Of a stretch of DNA of 64,000 nt, positions 38,445 through 48,576 are shown piece by piece. The notes under the pieces were generated by a model. That model saw nothing but the letters and a program-made list of their open reading frames with translations. It made no database searches and was not told the DNA's origin. The stretch is taken from NCBI GenBank assembly GCA_016432325.1, contig CP066684.1, positions 224,001 to 288,000 on the forward strand, given 5' to 3'. A program made the translations under genes and the position numbers. Source of the DNA: Candidatus Aenigmatarchaeota archaeon (GTDB lineage Archaea; Aenigmatarchaeota; Aenigmatarchaeia; PWEA01; JACQIF01). Position 1 is the first letter of the stretch. Each line of letters starts with the position of its first letter.

Positions 38445-39920
38445 ATGTTGAAGACGGCGTTGGTGATTGCGGCTATAGTAATGGTGTCTGCGATGCCTGT
38501 AGCGGCAAGCGCACAGCTCGTCTCTATTACAAGCGACGGGGGAGTCGTGATAGGAGGCTCCGCTGGCGCGGGAACGGATGACGTGAACGTCGGCGCAGAA
38601 ACGGCCGCTACCGCAGAAATGAACGCCGAGGCAAACGCAGAAACGGGTTCGGGCTCTTCCAACGACACCGAACCCAATATAGTAGACACCGGTGGTAATG
38701 CGGTCTCAACGCTGTCGGCCGGCGCCTCTGGAGGCGCGTCGGCGTCTGCATTCGCGTCGACGGCGTCAGGAGCATCCGGTAAAAACGCAGGGGACATGGC
38801 CGCAGGAAGCGCGGAGGATGACAACAGCGCGGGCGCGGGAAGCGCCGGGATTACACCGGACTCCCCTCTGTGGGTCATTGATGTTTTCGTGGATAAGGCA
38901 AGGCTTTTCCTCGCGTCGACCGCAGAAGCCAAGGCAAACGTCGGATTGGACATAGCCTCGGAAAGGCTGGCCGAGATGCAGGAAACGGCCGAAACGCACA
39001 AGATTGAGGCTTTCCAAAAGGCAAGGCTCGAGCACAGTAACACCATATTAGAGATTCAGAAAGAAGTCAGCGTACTCGATTCCCAAGACACCGCAGTTCT
39101 GATATCCCTTCAGGAGAAGGCAGACGCCCATGCCGAGGCCGCCGCTGACATAAACGACGATTTACACTCCAAGATGACAGGCGAAGGCGCTGAGGCCGTG
39201 TTGGAAGCGTTCTCAGAGAGCGTATCCGAGGCCGCCGCTGACATAAAACTGAATCTCAACAAGATAGCAGAGAAACGCACGAATGAAAGCGTAGAGCAGG
39301 CAAGGAACAGCCTGGAAGAAGCGCGAACGGCGGCTTCGGTTTGCGCCGATGCGTCAACCATTACGGACGCGATTGCAAACGCGGAGCCGCCCGAATTACC
39401 CGACCCAGCCGTAGGCATATGGTCTGCGACGCACGCCAGCGCCTGTGCCAGCATAGGAGAGAACGTTGGCAAGGCCGAGGAACAGATGAAAGACGCAGAG
39501 AGCGCCCTCGACGAAAAGATGTTCGGAGAGGCTTTCGGTCAGGCGACGGCTGCGATAAAGACGTGTAATGAAATACAAGCGCAAGCAGAGGCAGTGGCCA
39601 CAGAAAAGGCTACGGAAAAGATGGAGGCCGCGAAGGAGGCCATCAAGGAGGCCAGAACAGTTACTCAACTGTGCGCCACGGCAGATGTGTGGAAGAACAT
39701 GCATCTGAACGCTGAGCCTCCGCGATTGCCTGACCCATCGGTAGATGTTGAAGCGATGTCGTGGAACGGGGCATGCGTTAGCGCCGACACGAACGCTAAG
39801 AGAGCCGAGGTGCACATGATGGCCGCCCAGTCCGCCTTCCTTAAGGGGGACATGGGCGAAGCACTCGGTCAGGCGTCCGCGGCACTGGAAGCAGCCAATG
39901 ATGCGAAAGGTGCAGGGTGA
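38445..39920 (+). CDS. DUF5667-like secreted protein with internal repeat
   Basis: AGITPDSPLWVID..ASERLAE; duplicated NAEPP(E/R)LPDP...AC...GEA(F/L)GQA unit. Confidence 0.75.
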   Translation: MLKTALVIAAIVMVSAMPVAASAQLVSITSDGGVVIGGSAGAGTDDVNVGAETAATAEMNAEANAETGSGSSNDTEPNIVDTGGNAVSTLSAGASGGASASAFASTASGASGKNAGDMAAGSAEDDNSAGAGSAGITPDSPLWVIDVFVDKARLFLASTAEAKANVGLDIASERLAEMQETAETHKIEAFQKARLEHSNTILEIQKEVSVLDSQDTAVLISLQEKADAHAEAAADINDDLHSKMTGEGAEAVLEAFSESVSEAAADIKLNLNKIAEKRTNESVEQARNSLEEARTAASVCADASTITDAIANAEPPELPDPAVGIWSATHASACASIGENVGKAEEQMKDAESALDEKMFGEAFGQATAAIKTCNEIQAQAEAVATEKATEKMEAAKEAIKEARTVTQLCATADVWKNMHLNAEPPRLPDPSVDVEAMSWNGACVSADTNAKRAEVHMMAAQSAFLKGDMGEALGQASAALEAANDAKGAG

Positions 39921-39926
39921 GATGTT

Positions 39927-40112
39927 ATGGTGCAAGGATTGAGAAAAATAGGGGAGAACGACAAAACGATCGTGTATCGCGGGGTCGATTACCTCGGACA
40001 CGCCGTGCAGTACATCATACTGCGTTCGGCATTTCCAAGAGGCCCGCCGCACACGCTCGATCCGTGGCTGGCAGAAGAACTATCAGAGACTTTGGCCTCG
40101 GATAAAAGGTGA
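39927..40112 (+). CDS. small hypothetical protein
   Basis: ORF between DUF5667-like and V4R genes. Confidence 0.4.
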   Translation: MVQGLRKIGENDKTIVYRGVDYLGHAVQYIILRSAFPRGPPHTLDPWLAEELSETLASDKR

Positions 40113-40120
40113 AATGATGG

Positions 40121-40729
40121 TTGGTGGGGTTTATGGAAACGAGGTCCGTGGCGCTCATAGTCTTGCTCAGTGTCGCAGCCGTGCTCATGATAATCTCGAC
40201 CGGCAGCCCGCTGCCGATAGACGGCGTGCCTGACTTCTCCGCCGACGTCAATACGGTAAAATCCGTTCCCAGCGCCATAGGCGAAGGCGGAGCGCTCCTG
40301 CTCCTGACGGGCGGACTCCTCGTCCTGCTCATCATGCTGCCGATAACGCTTCTCAAATCAATACACACAGAGGCGCAACACGAACCCGTGAAAAACGGCG
40401 GGGCGTCCAACGGCTCAAACGGCTCCAACGGGTCCGGCAAGTACGACCTTGGTTACAAGGTGGGAGCTTCCGTAAGCAGCCAGAACATAGACGACATAGT
40501 GGACAGCCTGGAGCAGCTGCAGGACACGGAAGTGAGCATAACCAATACTACCGGAAAGCTGAAACGCATCCACGTGAAAAAATGCAAGACGTGCAGGAAT
40601 CCAGTCTGCGATTTCGAGAGGGGCTTCTTCGCCGGCGCGTTCGGCCAGTTCTATGACAACGTCAGCGTCAAAGAGACGAAATGCCGCGCGACAGGCGCGG
40701 GTTACTGCGAATTTGAGGTGAAGGGGTGA
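40121..40729 (+). CDS. membrane protein with V4R domain
   Basis: 2 TM; CDFERGFFAG...ETKCRATGAGYCEFEV. Confidence 0.85.
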   Translation: MVGFMETRSVALIVLLSVAAVLMIISTGSPLPIDGVPDFSADVNTVKSVPSAIGEGGALLLLTGGLLVLLIMLPITLLKSIHTEAQHEPVKNGGASNGSNGSNGSGKYDLGYKVGASVSSQNIDDIVDSLEQLQDTEVSITNTTGKLKRIHVKKCKTCRNPVCDFERGFFAGAFGQFYDNVSVKETKCRATGAGYCEFEVKG

Positions 40730-40735
40730 CCGTCC

Positions 40736-43700
40736 ATGACATTTCTGTCAACGATAGTAAAAACGGTGGCCGGCGCGTCTCTGGGAGCCGCTCTTGGACT
40801 GTGGGTTTTCATAGCGGCGTCTCTCATATTCTTCCCTCCTTCCTCGTTCGACATCACGCGGGCGACTCTGGAGAACATGGATGCGGCAATAGGGCAGATA
40901 GTCTTCTCCTACAGCTCGTATGAGGTTCTGTCCATCATTTCAGGAGCCATTTTCGGGATGGCCCTCATGCACTCGAAACAGGCCGTCCTGATGCTCACAA
41001 CGATGGCGCTGGGAGGCGCGGGAGGCCTCTTGATATACATTAGCGGATTCATCGCCGTGAACCTGCTGACCACCCCGCGCGCCGCTTCCCTGAGCCTCTA
41101 CAGCCTCGTTGTGTCCGCTGTCGTCTCTGCCACTCCGGCCGAGTATTTCATGATGGCCCTCGGCGCGTGCCTCGGCTTCGTAATCGCCAACAACACGTGG
41201 AGGTCTTCGGGCCTCATCATCTATACGGCTCTCGTCGGCATAATATTCGGCTACCTGACGTACACCTTCGTCGTAACGCTCCCCCTCGTGCCGCTGTCGC
41301 AGAAGCCTCTCAGCATCCTTCTCTTCATAGCCGAGACTGCGAGCCTCTCGATGGTCGTCATATACGCTTTCTACACCTTGGACTTCACGACCAAGGTGAG
41401 GTGGTTGAGGGACATGCGCGACTTCCACTTCTCCAAGCACTACATGCCCGCAGTCGCGTTCCACGTGGCGACTTTCAACGAGCCTCCTGACATCGTAATC
41501 GACACTCTCAAATCGCTTCTCAGGGTGGACTATCCGCGAAACAAGCGCAAGATAATGGTCATCGACGACTCCACGGAAGCGCAGAGCTGGAAGCCCGTCA
41601 AGAGTTTTTGCGACAAGAACGGCATCTCTTTCATCCGCCGTCCAGAACGCAAAGGATACAAAGCAGGCGCGCTCAACTACGCGCTGAAGAAGACTCCTTC
41701 TGACGTGGACCTCGTGGCCGTCGTGGACGCCGACTACATTGTGGAGAGCGACTACCTGAAGAGCGTCGTGGGTTACTTCGTGGATCAGGACCTCGGCTTC
41801 GTCCAGACGCCCCAGGACTACAGGAACCGCGACGAAAACTATCTCACGGAGCAGTACTACTACGCGGACAGCTACTTCTATCGCGTCGTGATGCTCTCGC
41901 GCAACGAGGCGAACGCGATAATCTTCGCGGGTACGATGGGTATCATACGCAAGGAGGTTCTGGAGAAGGTGGGAGGATGGGGAGAAGGCTTCATCTGCGA
42001 GGACGCCGAGCTCTCTGTGCGCATCCTCAACGACGGCTACAAGTCGCTCTACATCAACCGCACCTTCGGCCGCGGCCTCATTCCGACGACGTACGATAGT
42101 TACCAGAAGCAGCTGTACAGGTGGAGTTTCGGCGGGGTGAAGATACTGAAGGCGCACTTCTGGAAGTTCCTCTTTTCGGCCAAGATGTCCCTGAGGCAGA
42201 AGTTCGACTTCCTCATCGGGGGCCTGCACTGGTTCGACGGGACGTGGATACTTCTCATAGCCAGCATACTCTCAACGCTCGCCGTGGCCGACATATTCAA
42301 CTATCAGGCCGTCACGTACCACCAGCGCGAGGTGTGGCTCGTCGGCCTCGTCCCCATCTTCCTGCTCGTGGACGGCGTGACGCGCCTCCATATGGCTCTC
42401 AGCAGATCCATGGGAGTGTCCCTTCTGGGCACGTTCGGCGTGATGGGCATGTGGTTCTCTGTCAAGTTCAACAACATGTTCGCATCCTACCTCGCGCTTA
42501 TCGGCGTGAACAAGCCGTTCATAAGAACGTCAAAGAAGCCTCCGGGCAAGATGTCGTTCTCCGAGGCCGTTGAATATTCGGTGAAGCTGACAAAGTTCGA
42601 GACCGCCGTCTTCATAATACTGATGGCCCTGGCTCTCGCCGTGCTGGTCAAGACAATCCTGCTCTTCATGATAGGCACGCCGGACTACGCGAGACTGCTG
42701 ATGGTCTTCTGGCTGACTTTCTACGCCCTGATATTCGGGAGCGCTCCCCTGTACGCATACCTGTCTTACAGAACGTCAACGCGCACAACGAAGCTGAGCA
42801 TGGCGAGCCTCGCGCTCTCCCTGAGGAACATGGTATGGGTTCCATTGAGAAAGGCGATTCATCAGGCGCCTTCCAGCAGGGGCAACGGCTCCAAGACGAT
42901 TGTCTATCTTGCGGTAGCAAGCGCGATCGTTGGTGGAGCGCTTCTCCTCTATATGGAAACGAACGGCGCTCAGGCGTCGCCGGTACAGGCGTCTGCGGTC
43001 ATCGCCCCCCAAATCGACCGGAGCAACATATCATTCGGTTCCAGCATCGAGGCGCTGGATTACGCGGGCCAGACGGGCTGGAGGCCCGAATACTCGTCGA
43101 TGCGAGCCGGCAGGTGGATGAAAACAGACCCATACGGCTGGCAGACGTTCTCGGACTGGTTGGACAAGACCGCGAAGAAAGGGACCGTTCCTGTAATCCT
43201 GTGGGACTACTGGGGGAAAGACGCGGCGCCGGACAAGATAGAGAACGGCTACGGGGGCAAGACCGTCGCGGAATGGCATGACATGACGGACCGCATCGCC
43301 CTCATGGTAAACGGTTCGAACAACGAGCAGTCGCTGATAGTGCTGGAACCCGAGTTCAACAAGGCCGGCATGGAAAACTGGACGCCTTTCAACGACCACC
43401 TCATCAACCTGACAGAGGCCGTACACGCCGGGAGCCCGAACACCAGCGTGGTGATAGGCTTTGGCAACTGGAATCAAGACGCGTGGGCCACGTTCGCACC
43501 CGCAATACGCTCGGCAGACATGGTAGGATACCAGTCGGTTGTCATCTCGACGCAGGCCAGCAGCCGGGATTTTGCAGACCTGCCCGAGAACGCGATAGCC
43601 GCCAGCAAGAAGCTTCGGCCGTACGGCAAGCCAATAGTGCTCTTCGACCTGGCTGTCTCGACGTATCCGCATATGGAAGCGTTGCAGAACGACACGCTTT

Positions 43701-43879
43701 CCGAATTTTTCTCCAAGGCGCCGCAGCTGTCCGCTGCAGGCACGCGCATAGTAATCTACAGGCATTTCGTGGACGCGACTGCGTACGTGCCTTCTGAAGA
43801 GATGCACTGGGGTCTGGTCTATGGCAACGGGACGAAGAAGCCCGCATACCAGACATGGATCAATGGGGTGGGAGCATGA
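40736..43879 (+). CDS. processive GT2 beta-glucan synthase (NdvB/BcsA-like) fused to a C-terminal glycoside-hydrolase-like TIM barrel
   Basis: FNEPP, DDS, KAGALN, DADY, QTPQDY, CEDAE, KQLYRW; many TMs; extracellular domain with LEPEFNK. Confidence 0.88.
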   Translation: MTFLSTIVKTVAGASLGAALGLWVFIAASLIFFPPSSFDITRATLENMDAAIGQIVFSYSSYEVLSIISGAIFGMALMHSKQAVLMLTTMALGGAGGLLIYISGFIAVNLLTTPRAASLSLYSLVVSAVVSATPAEYFMMALGACLGFVIANNTWRSSGLIIYTALVGIIFGYLTYTFVVTLPLVPLSQKPLSILLFIAETASLSMVVIYAFYTLDFTTKVRWLRDMRDFHFSKHYMPAVAFHVATFNEPPDIVIDTLKSLLRVDYPRNKRKIMVIDDSTEAQSWKPVKSFCDKNGISFIRRPERKGYKAGALNYALKKTPSDVDLVAVVDADYIVESDYLKSVVGYFVDQDLGFVQTPQDYRNRDENYLTEQYYYADSYFYRVVMLSRNEANAIIFAGTMGIIRKEVLEKVGGWGEGFICEDAELSVRILNDGYKSLYINRTFGRGLIPTTYDSYQKQLYRWSFGGVKILKAHFWKFLFSAKMSLRQKFDFLIGGLHWFDGTWILLIASILSTLAVADIFNYQAVTYHQREVWLVGLVPIFLLVDGVTRLHMALSRSMGVSLLGTFGVMGMWFSVKFNNMFASYLALIGVNKPFIRTSKKPPGKMSFSEAVEYSVKLTKFETAVFIILMALALAVLVKTILLFMIGTPDYARLLMVFWLTFYALIFGSAPLYAYLSYRTSTRTTKLSMASLALSLRNMVWVPLRKAIHQAPSSRGNGSKTIVYLAVASAIVGGALLLYMETNGAQASPVQASAVIAPQIDRSNISFGSSIEALDYAGQTGWRPEYSSMRAGRWMKTDPYGWQTFSDWLDKTAKKGTVPVILWDYWGKDAAPDKIENGYGGKTVAEWHDMTDRIALMVNGSNNEQSLIVLEPEFNKAGMENWTPFNDHLINLTEAVHAGSPNTSVVIGFGNWNQDAWATFAPAIRSADMVGYQSVVISTQASSRDFADLPENAIAASKKLRPYGKPIVLFDLAVSTYPHMEALQNDTLSEFFSKAPQLSAAGTRIVIYRHFVDATAYVPSEEMHWGLVYGNGTKKPAYQTWINGVGA

Positions 43880-45234
43880 GAATGGTTATAGTCGCCGCGG
43901 TATTCGCCGTTGTCCTCCTCACGGCGTTCTCTCTTGGAATCGCGACAACCGTCGGAGAGCGCGTGGTCGAGAAGGGCGTACCCACAGAAGTCGCAATACG
44001 GGACGGGACGCTATTGGTTAACGGCAATCCCTTTATCGTCAAAGGCGTCACGTATTCAGGCGTTCCGATAGGTGAGGATCCCAGAGACAAGCATTGTCCC
44101 ACGTGCCTGAGCGAAGACACCTATATGCACGACCTTGCCCTAATGAAAGCCGGCGGAGTCAACACTGTCCGCATTCTTGATCCAGCGAATCCTGAGAACA
44201 CAAGGAAGTTCCTCGATGCCGCCTACGCTCATGGGATAATGGCCATCATCGGGACGTCTGGTCCTGTCAAGGAGGATGCTTCTCTTCCAGGAGTGCGCGA
44301 ACACTCGACGGAAGGGATGTTGGACGTGGTCAAGACTTACAAGGACCACCCAGCCGTCCTGATGTGGATGTACGGCAACGAGGTCAACTTCTGGTACCCG
44401 AAGGACGCGAACGTGGACGACTGGTACACGCTACTCGACGAAACGGCCGCGGCCGTCAAGAAGGAGGATCCTTTGCACCCCGTAATAACAGGCAACAACG
44501 ACCTCCTGAACCTCGATGGCGTCCGCACCGTCAGGAACGTGGACGTTTACGGCTCCAACCAGTACAGTCTCAACGACGGCTCGTGGAACTGGTTCTTCAC
44601 CACATACGACCAGTCGGCGATAGGCCTTCCTCTGATGCTCACGGAATTTGGAGCCGATTCGTGGAACTCTGAGAAATCGGCGGAAGATGAAGCGTCGCAG
44701 GCGCGCATACTGTCGGCAAGCTGGAACTCAACTAAAGGCCGCCCCGGTTTCATCGGAGCGATAGCGTTCGAGTGGGCGGACGAATGGTGGAAGTCGGAAA
44801 ACCCGGAAAAGAGAAACTGCGAAAGGGACTGGCAGCCGTTTGACAGCGCTTCTCTTCCGGACAAATGGTTCTCGGAGGAGTGTTTCGGACTGGTGCGCAT
44901 GCAAGAGAACACCAATGAAAGGGTGCCGAAGCTGGCGTACTACGAACTGCAAAAGGAATGGGTCGTGCCGGACCAAGGAAGCGCTCCCACAATATCATTG
45001 GTGGAAATCTCCGGTAAAGAGGTAAACGCCATCGTCGCCACGTACGGAGGCGCGGCTGCGGACGTAACACTGCGTTACAAAGGCTTGCTCGAAGACTGGA
45101 AGGAGACTCCGATGCGGCGCGACGGTTTCACGTACGCCGCTGAAATCTCTCATGTGACGCCTCCCCTATCCTACAGGATCGTTGCGGCTGACGAATACGG
45201 CACCCGGACAAAGGAAGGAACGGTGATTGTATGA
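43876..45234 (+). CDS. secreted GH2-like (clan GH-A) TIM-barrel glycoside hydrolase
   Basis: GVNTVR, GNEVN acid/base, LTEFG nucleophile, FEWADEWWK. Confidence 0.85.
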   Translation: MRMVIVAAVFAVVLLTAFSLGIATTVGERVVEKGVPTEVAIRDGTLLVNGNPFIVKGVTYSGVPIGEDPRDKHCPTCLSEDTYMHDLALMKAGGVNTVRILDPANPENTRKFLDAAYAHGIMAIIGTSGPVKEDASLPGVREHSTEGMLDVVKTYKDHPAVLMWMYGNEVNFWYPKDANVDDWYTLLDETAAAVKKEDPLHPVITGNNDLLNLDGVRTVRNVDVYGSNQYSLNDGSWNWFFTTYDQSAIGLPLMLTEFGADSWNSEKSAEDEASQARILSASWNSTKGRPGFIGAIAFEWADEWWKSENPEKRNCERDWQPFDSASLPDKWFSEECFGLVRMQENTNERVPKLAYYELQKEWVVPDQGSAPTISLVEISGKEVNAIVATYGGAAADVTLRYKGLLEDWKETPMRRDGFTYAAEISHVTPPLSYRIVAADEYGTRTKEGTVIV

Positions 45235-46970
45235 GACCACTCTTCGTGGTGGCCGTGCTAACGTTGGCTCTATTGGCCTCGGCCGTATCTGTCCACGCAG
45301 GACACGATGCAGCGACTGCAGTAAGCTTCGGGGACACGGTTTTCACCACGCCCAACGGCTCCCAGTACGCGCCCGCGGCATCCTATCCGGTCAGCGTCAC
45401 CATAACCAACGAGAGCTTCGGAAGCGATACGATAGACGCAAGCTCGGTAAAGATGAGGCTCGTGGCTCCTGGCGGAGGCTCGTTCAACTATACGAGCGCG
45501 ACGACGCCTGCCGTCTCGAACACCAGCAACGGCGTCTTCAGCATCACGTTCACCCAAGGCCAACTGGGACCCGCGGGCACTTACACGCTGACGTGGTTCG
45601 CGAAAACGGTCGCGGAGAACGATACCGAAACCGCGTCAGGCGGCGTGGAGTATACGGTATCCAAGAACTCCAGCGCATCTGTATCGCTCAAACTCAACGG
45701 CACCGCGGGAGACAGGGCGTATAACATCGGGAGCGTTATTGAGCAAAACGCGCAGTCGACAGTCAGCGGACTCACTACACGCCTCTACAATAATTTCAGC
45801 GGCTCCATCGGGCTGGTGGGCAGCGGCTCTGCAGAAGTCACGGTCTCGAACAGGACAGATACGACCGCACCGACTACTACTCTGGGAGTCTCTCCATCCA
45901 GTGCATCCCCTCAGCAAGTCGTTACAGTATCCTGCACAGTCTCGGATTCCGGAAACGTGGGCGCGGGCCCCTACGCGGTTTCGGCTAACGCGACAGGCAA
46001 TGAAAACTATTCGGCCTCTGCGACTGTCACGCGGACAGCCACGCTGAGCTCTGTCGCGCCAACAAAGACCATCACAGTAACAAAGCCCGGAGGAAGTACG
46101 TTCGCCGTGGCCAACTGCAACGAGACGATTTCCGGAAGCAGTACGGAAGAGTCAGGCACGTACTCTGTGAGACTGCAGGCCGCAGACAACGCAGGCAACA
46201 CAGACGAGAGGACTGTCACATTCACCGTAAGCGCGGCCAGCGGCGACTCTGGTAACGGGAGCAGCGGAAGCTCTGGCGGCAGCAGCGGTTCTGGCGGCAG
46301 TTCAGGCGGAGGAGGCTCCGGCGGCAGCACGGGAGGCCTTGATGAAGGCGCGGTAGAGACCGTATCCCTCCAAACGGTCAGGCCCGGAGAGGCTTACGTT
46401 GCGAAGTTCTCCAATTCCAATCTGGGAATAGTTGAGATTGACTTCGTTGCCAAGGCGCCTGCCAGCGACGTTCGCATCACTGTAACAGAACTCAAAACAA
46501 GGCCGGAAACCACCTCGAGGCTCAACGACTGGGTATACAAGTACGTGTCGATAAAAGTCACCAACATAGAAGCCGGCGACATCGAATCGGTAAAGATACG
46601 GTTTGCCGTTTCCAACAAATGGGCCAAGGAAAACCGGGTGGACTTGGACTCGATAGCGCTCTACAGGTATACGACCGAATGGACTCCGTTACAAACCACG
46701 TCAGAGCCCTCTTTCCTTTCAGAAATGACGTTCTATGACGCGAAAAGCCCAGGGGTCTCGTTTTTCGCCATTGCCGGTTCCGAACGGGCAGAGCCCATCG
46801 TCAGCGTGCTGAATACCACAGAACTGAACCTGACGTCGATAACGTCGCCGGAGGCGGTTGCGAACTACTCCAAAGGGCTGCTGGTCCTTCTTGCACTGAT
46901 ATTCGCGATAGCCGCGGGCGTGATGTACTGGAAATGGGACGTTCTGTTCAAGAAGCCGCATTCCAGGTGA
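45231..46970 (+). CDS. surface glycoprotein with Ig-like domains and PGF-pre-PGF domain
   Basis: Gly/Ser linker, VYKYVSI..FAVSNKW..SPGVSFFAI, C-terminal TM. Confidence 0.85.
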   Translation: MRPLFVVAVLTLALLASAVSVHAGHDAATAVSFGDTVFTTPNGSQYAPAASYPVSVTITNESFGSDTIDASSVKMRLVAPGGGSFNYTSATTPAVSNTSNGVFSITFTQGQLGPAGTYTLTWFAKTVAENDTETASGGVEYTVSKNSSASVSLKLNGTAGDRAYNIGSVIEQNAQSTVSGLTTRLYNNFSGSIGLVGSGSAEVTVSNRTDTTAPTTTLGVSPSSASPQQVVTVSCTVSDSGNVGAGPYAVSANATGNENYSASATVTRTATLSSVAPTKTITVTKPGGSTFAVANCNETISGSSTEESGTYSVRLQAADNAGNTDERTVTFTVSAASGDSGNGSSGSSGGSSGSGGSSGGGGSGGSTGGLDEGAVETVSLQTVRPGEAYVAKFSNSNLGIVEIDFVAKAPASDVRITVTELKTRPETTSRLNDWVYKYVSIKVTNIEAGDIESVKIRFAVSNKWAKENRVDLDSIALYRYTTEWTPLQTTSEPSFLSEMTFYDAKSPGVSFFAIAGSERAEPIVSVLNTTELNLTSITSPEAVANYSKGLLVLLALIFAIAAGVMYWKWDVLFKKPHSR

Positions 46971-46979
46971 GGTAGGACC

Positions 46980-47279
46980 ATGAAAGACGTTGTTCGCCTG
47001 GCGCTCGTAATATCCTTCTTTCTCCTCACATCCACGGTCTCTGCGCTTCCCGAAGAGAATCAGAAGGAACAGCACAGTCCTCTGGTTTCCATCAACATCG
47101 GAGAGTCTGGGGAGACCAATGATACGGGAGCCTCAAACTACACGCAGAACGCGACGGCGCCTGCGCAACCCCCGGCTTCCGAAGGCGTCCGCGGGATGCT
47201 GGTGATACTTGCGCTCGTAATATCCATAGCCGCGGGCCTGCTCTACTGGAAGTGGGACTCCATCTTCAAGAGATATTAG
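46980..47279 (+). CDS. small secreted protein with YWKWD membrane anchor
   Basis: Signal peptide; C-terminus near-identical to that of the upstream protein. Confidence 0.65.
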   Translation: MKDVVRLALVISFFLLTSTVSALPEENQKEQHSPLVSINIGESGETNDTGASNYTQNATAPAQPPASEGVRGMLVILALVISIAAGLLYWKWDSIFKRY

Positions 47280-47333
47280 ACCGTTTCTGAGCGTTTTTGA
47301 CTATTATATCAACCTGTTTATCATGGTGTTTCC

Positions 47334-47960
47334 ATGACGTCCAAAAACGTTCGAAAAGGAGTCTCCTATCTCAAGCGCACAGATCCGCGCCTCGCACGCG
47401 TCATCGCCCGTTCGAAGACACGCCCGTCCTTAAGCCGCCGCAACAAGCCCTTCGCCTCTCTCGTGCAGTCGATAATGTACCAGCAGCTCGCGGGCGCAGC
47501 CGCGGCGGCTATCCATAAAAGACTTCTCGCTCTCTATGATGGAAAGGAACCAACACCGCGGCAGGTTCTCAAAACGCACTCGCGAACGCTCCGCTACAGG
47601 TGCGGCATGTCGTGGAAGAAAGCCGAGTTCCTGAAGGACCTTTCGAGGAAAGTCTTGGACGGAACGGTCGAAATACACGAACTCGACCATCTGCCCGACG
47701 ACAAGATTATCGAAGAGCTCACGCAAGTCAAAGGCATAGGCCGCTGGTCCGCGGAGATGTTCCTGATGTTCAACCTCGGGCGGCTGGACGTGTTTCCCGT
47801 GGACGATCTGGGCATCAGAAACGGCATGACAAGACTGTACAAGCTTCGCGGCCGCGTCACCAACGAGCGACTCGAACGAATCGCGGAGAGATGGCGCCCT
47901 TACCGTTCGCTCGCATGTTGGTACGTCTGGACATACAAGGAAGGCGAATGGAAGTACTAG
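47334..47960 (+). CDS. alkA: DNA-3-methyladenine glycosylase II (HhH-GPD)
   Basis: YQQL, VKGIGRWSAEM, FPVDDLG, WRPYRS. Confidence 0.92.
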   Translation: MTSKNVRKGVSYLKRTDPRLARVIARSKTRPSLSRRNKPFASLVQSIMYQQLAGAAAAAIHKRLLALYDGKEPTPRQVLKTHSRTLRYRCGMSWKKAEFLKDLSRKVLDGTVEIHELDHLPDDKIIEELTQVKGIGRWSAEMFLMFNLGRLDVFPVDDLGIRNGMTRLYKLRGRVTNERLERIAERWRPYRSLACWYVWTYKEGEWKY

Positions 47961-47999
47961 ACTTTCTGGAACAGCGCCTCAGCGATGTGCTGAAAGTCA

Positions 48000-48518
48000 T
48001 CAGACTTTCATGAAAAGCGCCACGTAGTCTGTTTCGCGCTCGTCTCCCACGACGCCTTCTTTCAGGAGTTTCAAGCCGGCAAAACTCTTCAAGAGCCGCG
48101 CTCTTTTGCCCTCCATCGTTTCGGGATTGCAGAAGTCTGAAATGAGCAGGAAGCCCCCAGGCTTGACGACTCTCACGAGTTCGTGGATATTCTGAATGAG
48201 ATGTATCGTGTCGAACGAGACGACGATGTCGAACGCCTCGTTCGCGAACGGCAGCGAGTTCCCGTCGGAAAGCACGAACAGCGCATTCTTCTGCGCGTGA
48301 GGGCTGGCATCCACGCCCACGGCAAGTCGCGGCGTTATCCCCTTCCCCGCCAGAAAATCCTCGAACCAGCCTTCGCCTGAGCCTACGTCAAGAACGCGCG
48401 CGCTCTCGAACCTGAGCTTTGCCGCGGCAGGCACGATGAACTCCACGAAGATCCCCTCGTATTTGTTGAGTTGGGTCTCCTTCATCCATTTGGAGTATAT
48501 CTTCTCCGTGAAGGACAT
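48000..48518 (-). CDS. class I SAM-dependent methyltransferase
   Basis: VLDVGSGEG, LPF..FD, RVVKPGG. Confidence 0.88.
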   Translation of the reverse strand: MSFTEKIYSKWMKETQLNKYEGIFVEFIVPAAAKLRFESARVLDVGSGEGWFEDFLAGKGITPRLAVGVDASPHAQKNALFVLSDGNSLPFANEAFDIVVSFDTIHLIQNIHELVRVVKPGGFLLISDFCNPETMEGKRARLLKSFAGLKLLKEGVVGDERETDYVALFMKV

Positions 48519-48576
48519 GCTATAGATTGGGAAAGGGACGCTTTATATCTAAAGCGTTTCTTGCCGTTAAGACTCT

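Noticed and set aside
46235-46340. Low-complexity GGC/AGC repeat
   Set aside because: Encodes the ordinary Gly/Ser linker preceding the PGF-pre-PGF domain
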